Shown piece after piece: positions 60,290 through 64,000 of a stretch of 64,000 nucleotides of DNA. A program made the translations under genes and the position numbers. This stretch comes from Podarcis tiliguerta (lineage: Eukaryota), in the NCBI GenBank assembly GCA_965153285.1, contig OZ229127.1, one strand, 5' to 3'. Position 1 is the stretch's first letter, and each line of letters opens with the position of its first letter. Under the pieces are notes generated by a model. The model was not told the DNA's origin. It searched no databases and was given only the letters and a program-made list of their open reading frames with translations.

Positions 60290-62874
60290 TCGTGAGGATA
60301 AACAAGGCAGCAAAACCGGATTAAGCTTCCCGAAGAGGAGGAGGGAGAAGCCCCACAGACAGATGCTGGCACACCCGTTAATAAGATAAAACCAGCAAGG
60401 CCAGATTATGGACCGAGGAAGCTAATATTCCTTCAGAAAAAAGGATTAGTTGGGGATCTCTGCAAATCTAATTTTGCAAGGTGGGAGGAACCACCAAGAA
60501 GTCCGGCAGTGAGAGCAAAAGTCGCAGATCGCCAGCCACCCGTCCTCCTTCCAGGAGCTTCTCCTCATAAACAACCAACAGCAGCTCAACAAGCCGAGCA
60601 GAAGCAGATTGGTCATCCCTAGAGGAGGAGGAGGAGGAGGAGAAGAGAAGGCCTTCATCTTTGGACTCATCTATCCATCCTCCGGCCCAACCCAGTGGGG
60701 AGCCTTCCCTAGGGAGCAAGGCCCTGGGGTAGGAAACGCCCCAAGAGCAGGGTCTCAGGAGGCAGAGCTGGGCCCTGGGGTGGGGAGTGGGCTTCATTCT
60801 GCAGATGCCCACGCTGTTGCGAAGGGTGGGAGACATGTATGCAGGATCGCAGGTGGGCCCAGGGAGCCTGACCACTCGGAGAGACCCTTCTGCAGGAATC
60901 CAGGGCAGAGGGGGATGCATGTGTGAATATTGTGGCATGGGAGGAAGAGTGTTGCACCCACAAATGCACCTCCTTAAGAAAGCATGCCTGGTGCCCCTCC
61001 AGGGAGAGAGGCACTCTGTGCCCATCAAAACAGAAGGCTGGGCTTGCATTCATTTGCTGATACACCAGGCCTGGGATGGCTGGGGAGGGCAGATCCGTGG
61101 AGAAACCCTCTCTTTGTCCCCCAGGGTTAGAATTGCCAAATGGCACCTTAAACCTAAGTTACAGTTGCCACAATGGAATGTCTAGGCACCTTTTTCCAAT
61201 GGGGTATTATATTGTTGTTGTTTTCTATACTGCTTTATATTTTAAAGAAAACAACCTCAAAGCGGTTCACAACACATTAGACCACCAAATAAAACAATCC
61301 AGAATAAAACAAATTCAAGCATCAAGGAGAGTATTTCAGGTCCTTCTCTAAGTGACATTTGGCTTTCTCCATATTTACTTACCAACTTAATTTATAGAGC
61401 TGCCCCATAGCAGAAGGACTCTAGGGAGCCAGTGGGTGTAGTGGTTAGAGTGTTGGACGAGGACCTGGGAGATCAGGGTTCGAATCCCCACTCCGTCATG
61501 AAGCTCACTGGGTGACCTTGGAGTCAGTCATGGCCTCTTCACCTACCTCACAGGGTTGTTGTAGGAATTAATGGGGGGGGGGGGTGAACCATGCACTCCT
61601 TGTCATATAAATGCAAGGTGCAAGCTCTTCTGCGCATCTGCTTAGGAAAGCCAGAGGGGCAGCCAGAGGGAGATGCCAGTTGCCAACCTGGCAGCCAGAG
61701 ATCTTCACAGGGTTGCAATTGGACCCACACCAGGTGCAAAACACACATTTCTAGCTCTGTATCAATGTAAAATGCGCAAGCAGGATCCAAGCAGGAGAGC
61801 TGCCTGCCCCCGGTCCCCGCTGGTCTCCAGAAACGTGGTGTCCAGAAGCACTGCTCCCTCCAACCTGCTGTTTCTGCCTCCAGGTGCAAATGTCTTACCT
61901 GGATTTGGAAGGGAGCCTACAGGTACAAAGAGACACAACCTCTGGCATGCGCACCGCCCAGGCAAGCCTCTGCCTGCCCCTCCGGGAGCGAAGGGCGGCT
62001 GTGCATCTTCCAAAATAAGAACTCCTCCAGGCCAGCTTGCACAACAGGTGAGCCTGGCGGGACTCCCAGTTCACCTGCTCAGGAATTCTGGAACAGGAGG
62101 GCCGCTGCAGCCACCTTCAGAAACAGCTCCTGCTCAATCTGAACTTGCAAAGGGTTTGTGGGCAGGAGAAAGAATGCAAGAAGAACCTGTTGAAGTGTAC
62201 ACGACTCGCACAGCTCTGAGGCAGAGGGGGTCAGGTTTCTGCACCGCCACAGCCACAAGCGAGGATCCAGGTCGCTATTTGAGGAGCAGGTGGGGGCACC
62301 AGGTTGTAGAAGGAATGGCCGAAATAAATCCTCAAAGAATTCTCCACGCAATGGGCAAAACAGAGGGAAACTACTTCCAAACACCATGGTTTCATTAACA
62401 TCAAAAATCACTCCTGCTATACTCACAGGCTAAATATCTGATTTAATATGATCTCTTCTTAAATATGCTCCTGCCACAGTGTCAATCAAGATGGTCCAGT
62501 GATTTCATTTAACTCTGTGACCTTCAGGGGACGGAATATCACACATTTTTTTCAGAGACTGAAGGTGGCATGAAAAAGACTGTTTTAGCATTTAGTCACT
62601 GTTTATTCACAGGGTTTCCATACTGCCCTGTAATGAAGTTCTTGGGGTCGCTCAGCAAACGAACAAAACTATGGGGGAAACAACACAAAACACAAAAATC
62701 AAGAAATAAAATCAAAAGCAGCATAGACTTTCAGCCGTCTGGCCCAAAAATGACAGCTGGGCATTCCATTTTGGCGACTGTAACATGGAGATTTTGGAAG
62801 CAGCCTGCCATGTTTTGAGAGAGGGGATTCCTCCAGGGAGCAGGAAAACTCTTGCATGGTGGTAGGGCAGAGTG

Positions 62875-63380
62875 GGTTGGATTACTGCAAAACCTTATAC
62901 ATGGGGCTGCCTCTGGAGACAGTTTGGAAACTTCTGCTAGTGCAGAATTCAGCGGCCAGGCTGCTCACCAGGGCAAGAGAGTTTGAGCATTTTGCACTGA
63001 TACTTGCCTGACTGCCCATTAGTTTCCAGGCCCAATTCAAAGTGCTGGTGTTGACCTATAAAGACTTCAATGGCTCAAGGCCCCAATATCTCAAGGGTGA
63101 CAAAATGAAAACAGGGCCTTTTCTGCAGTGGCATCTGGTCTGTGGGATGCTCTCCCCTGGGAGGTTTGCCTGGTACCTTCATTATACACCTTTAGGCGCC
63201 AGGCAAAAAAGGTTCCTCTTTAACCAGGCCTTTGGCTGATTGACACCCAATGCCCTCTTAAAATGTGTTGGGGAGGCAGGGGGTTATTGGGTTGTTGTTT
63301 TATTATTTTTATTATGCATTTTGTGTTTTTATATTGTGGTTTTATGCTGCAAAGCGCCCTGAGACCAGCTGTATAAAATT
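62875..63380 (+). mobile_element. Old L2 LINE fragment
   Basis: Degenerate DYC..LYMGLPL....KL.LVQNSAARLLT..LP...R..FKVLVLTYK..NG..P.YL, followed by a T-rich tail. Confidence 0.8.
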
Positions 63381-64000
63381 CAAAAAATGGGGGGGGGGCA
63401 GGAGGCACCATGGGAAGAAGCATCATTAAACAGATGTGGAGGAGCTTCCTAACGAACTTCTGTGAAGTTTTGTTTTAAATGCAGGAGGAGAAGAAGATGC
63501 AAGGGAACAAGCCCCCCCAACCCAAAGAAAATCCCATTGACAGGGAAAGAGCTAAGCCTCTGTAATGGACAGAATGCCCCCAAGGCTCCACCAGCCTCCT
63601 GAAATGGACATCAGATGCAGAGCAGGAAGGAAGATGCGCCAGAGCAGAAACGGGCCTTTGTTCCCCCATAATGGACTCCCCCATCCGCATCCCCACCCCT
63701 TTCTCTCTCTGCTGCCCTCAGGAAGACCAGAGCAAGCTGGGTAACAACAAAGAATTTATTTCCACTGTCATTAAGCGTCAGTCCTATTGCTTCAGGAGGG
63801 AAGGAGGGAGGAAGAAAGAAGTCGCAGAGGACAAGAAAGGAGGACATGTTTTGGCCGTCCCAGTTCCAAACCATTCCTCCTCATCGGTTACATAAATGGG
63901 AGATAACCCTAAACTGGGGGCCTGAGCTGCAATTTTTTGTGTGCAGGAAATTTTTAGTACAAAAAAAAAGTGGGGAGAACCAAGATTGCCAGCGTTCCTG

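Noticed and set aside
47-63895. The several hundred other 60-300 aa ORFs in the track
   Set aside because: Pro/Gly/Arg/Ser-rich, overlapping in all frames, with no recognisable domains or exon structure. This is expected in GC-rich non-coding DNA.

Overview
GC-rich, repeat-dense vertebrate genomic DNA, almost certainly a squamate lizard (lacertid-like, judged from a full Sauria SINE and the CR1/L2/L1/tRNA-SINE complement). The one clearly intact cellular gene is a G-protein gamma subunit (GNG7-like) on the minus strand: two coding exons at 16836-16916 and 16215-16340, 68 aa, CaaX box CTIL. Upstream of it, probably inside its 5'-UTR introns, lie three notable things. (i) A decayed Ty1/copia element with RT-RNaseH, PPT and 3' LTR. 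(ii) An intron-containing, oocyte-type linker histone (H1.8/H1oo/B4-like) gene on the plus strand whose globular-domain exon is split by a solo LTR. (iii) A full-length stathmin (STMN1) retrocopy with an intact ORF inserted in that histone gene's 3' region, followed by a second related solo LTR. An ERV 5' LTR with a tRNA-Arg PBS sits at about 10.6-11.5 kb. The rest is CR1, L2 and L1 fragments, tRNA-CR1 SINEs, Tc1/mariner-type and hAT MITEs, microsatellites and one 130-N assembly gap. I found no prokaryote-type systems. The most unusual signals are the triply retro-invaded H1.8 locus, the amniote copia, a SINE head that appears copied from an inosine-edited tRNA-Ile, and a thrice-repeated composite SINE/L2-tail unit. 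All family assignments come from motif recognition, not database searches.
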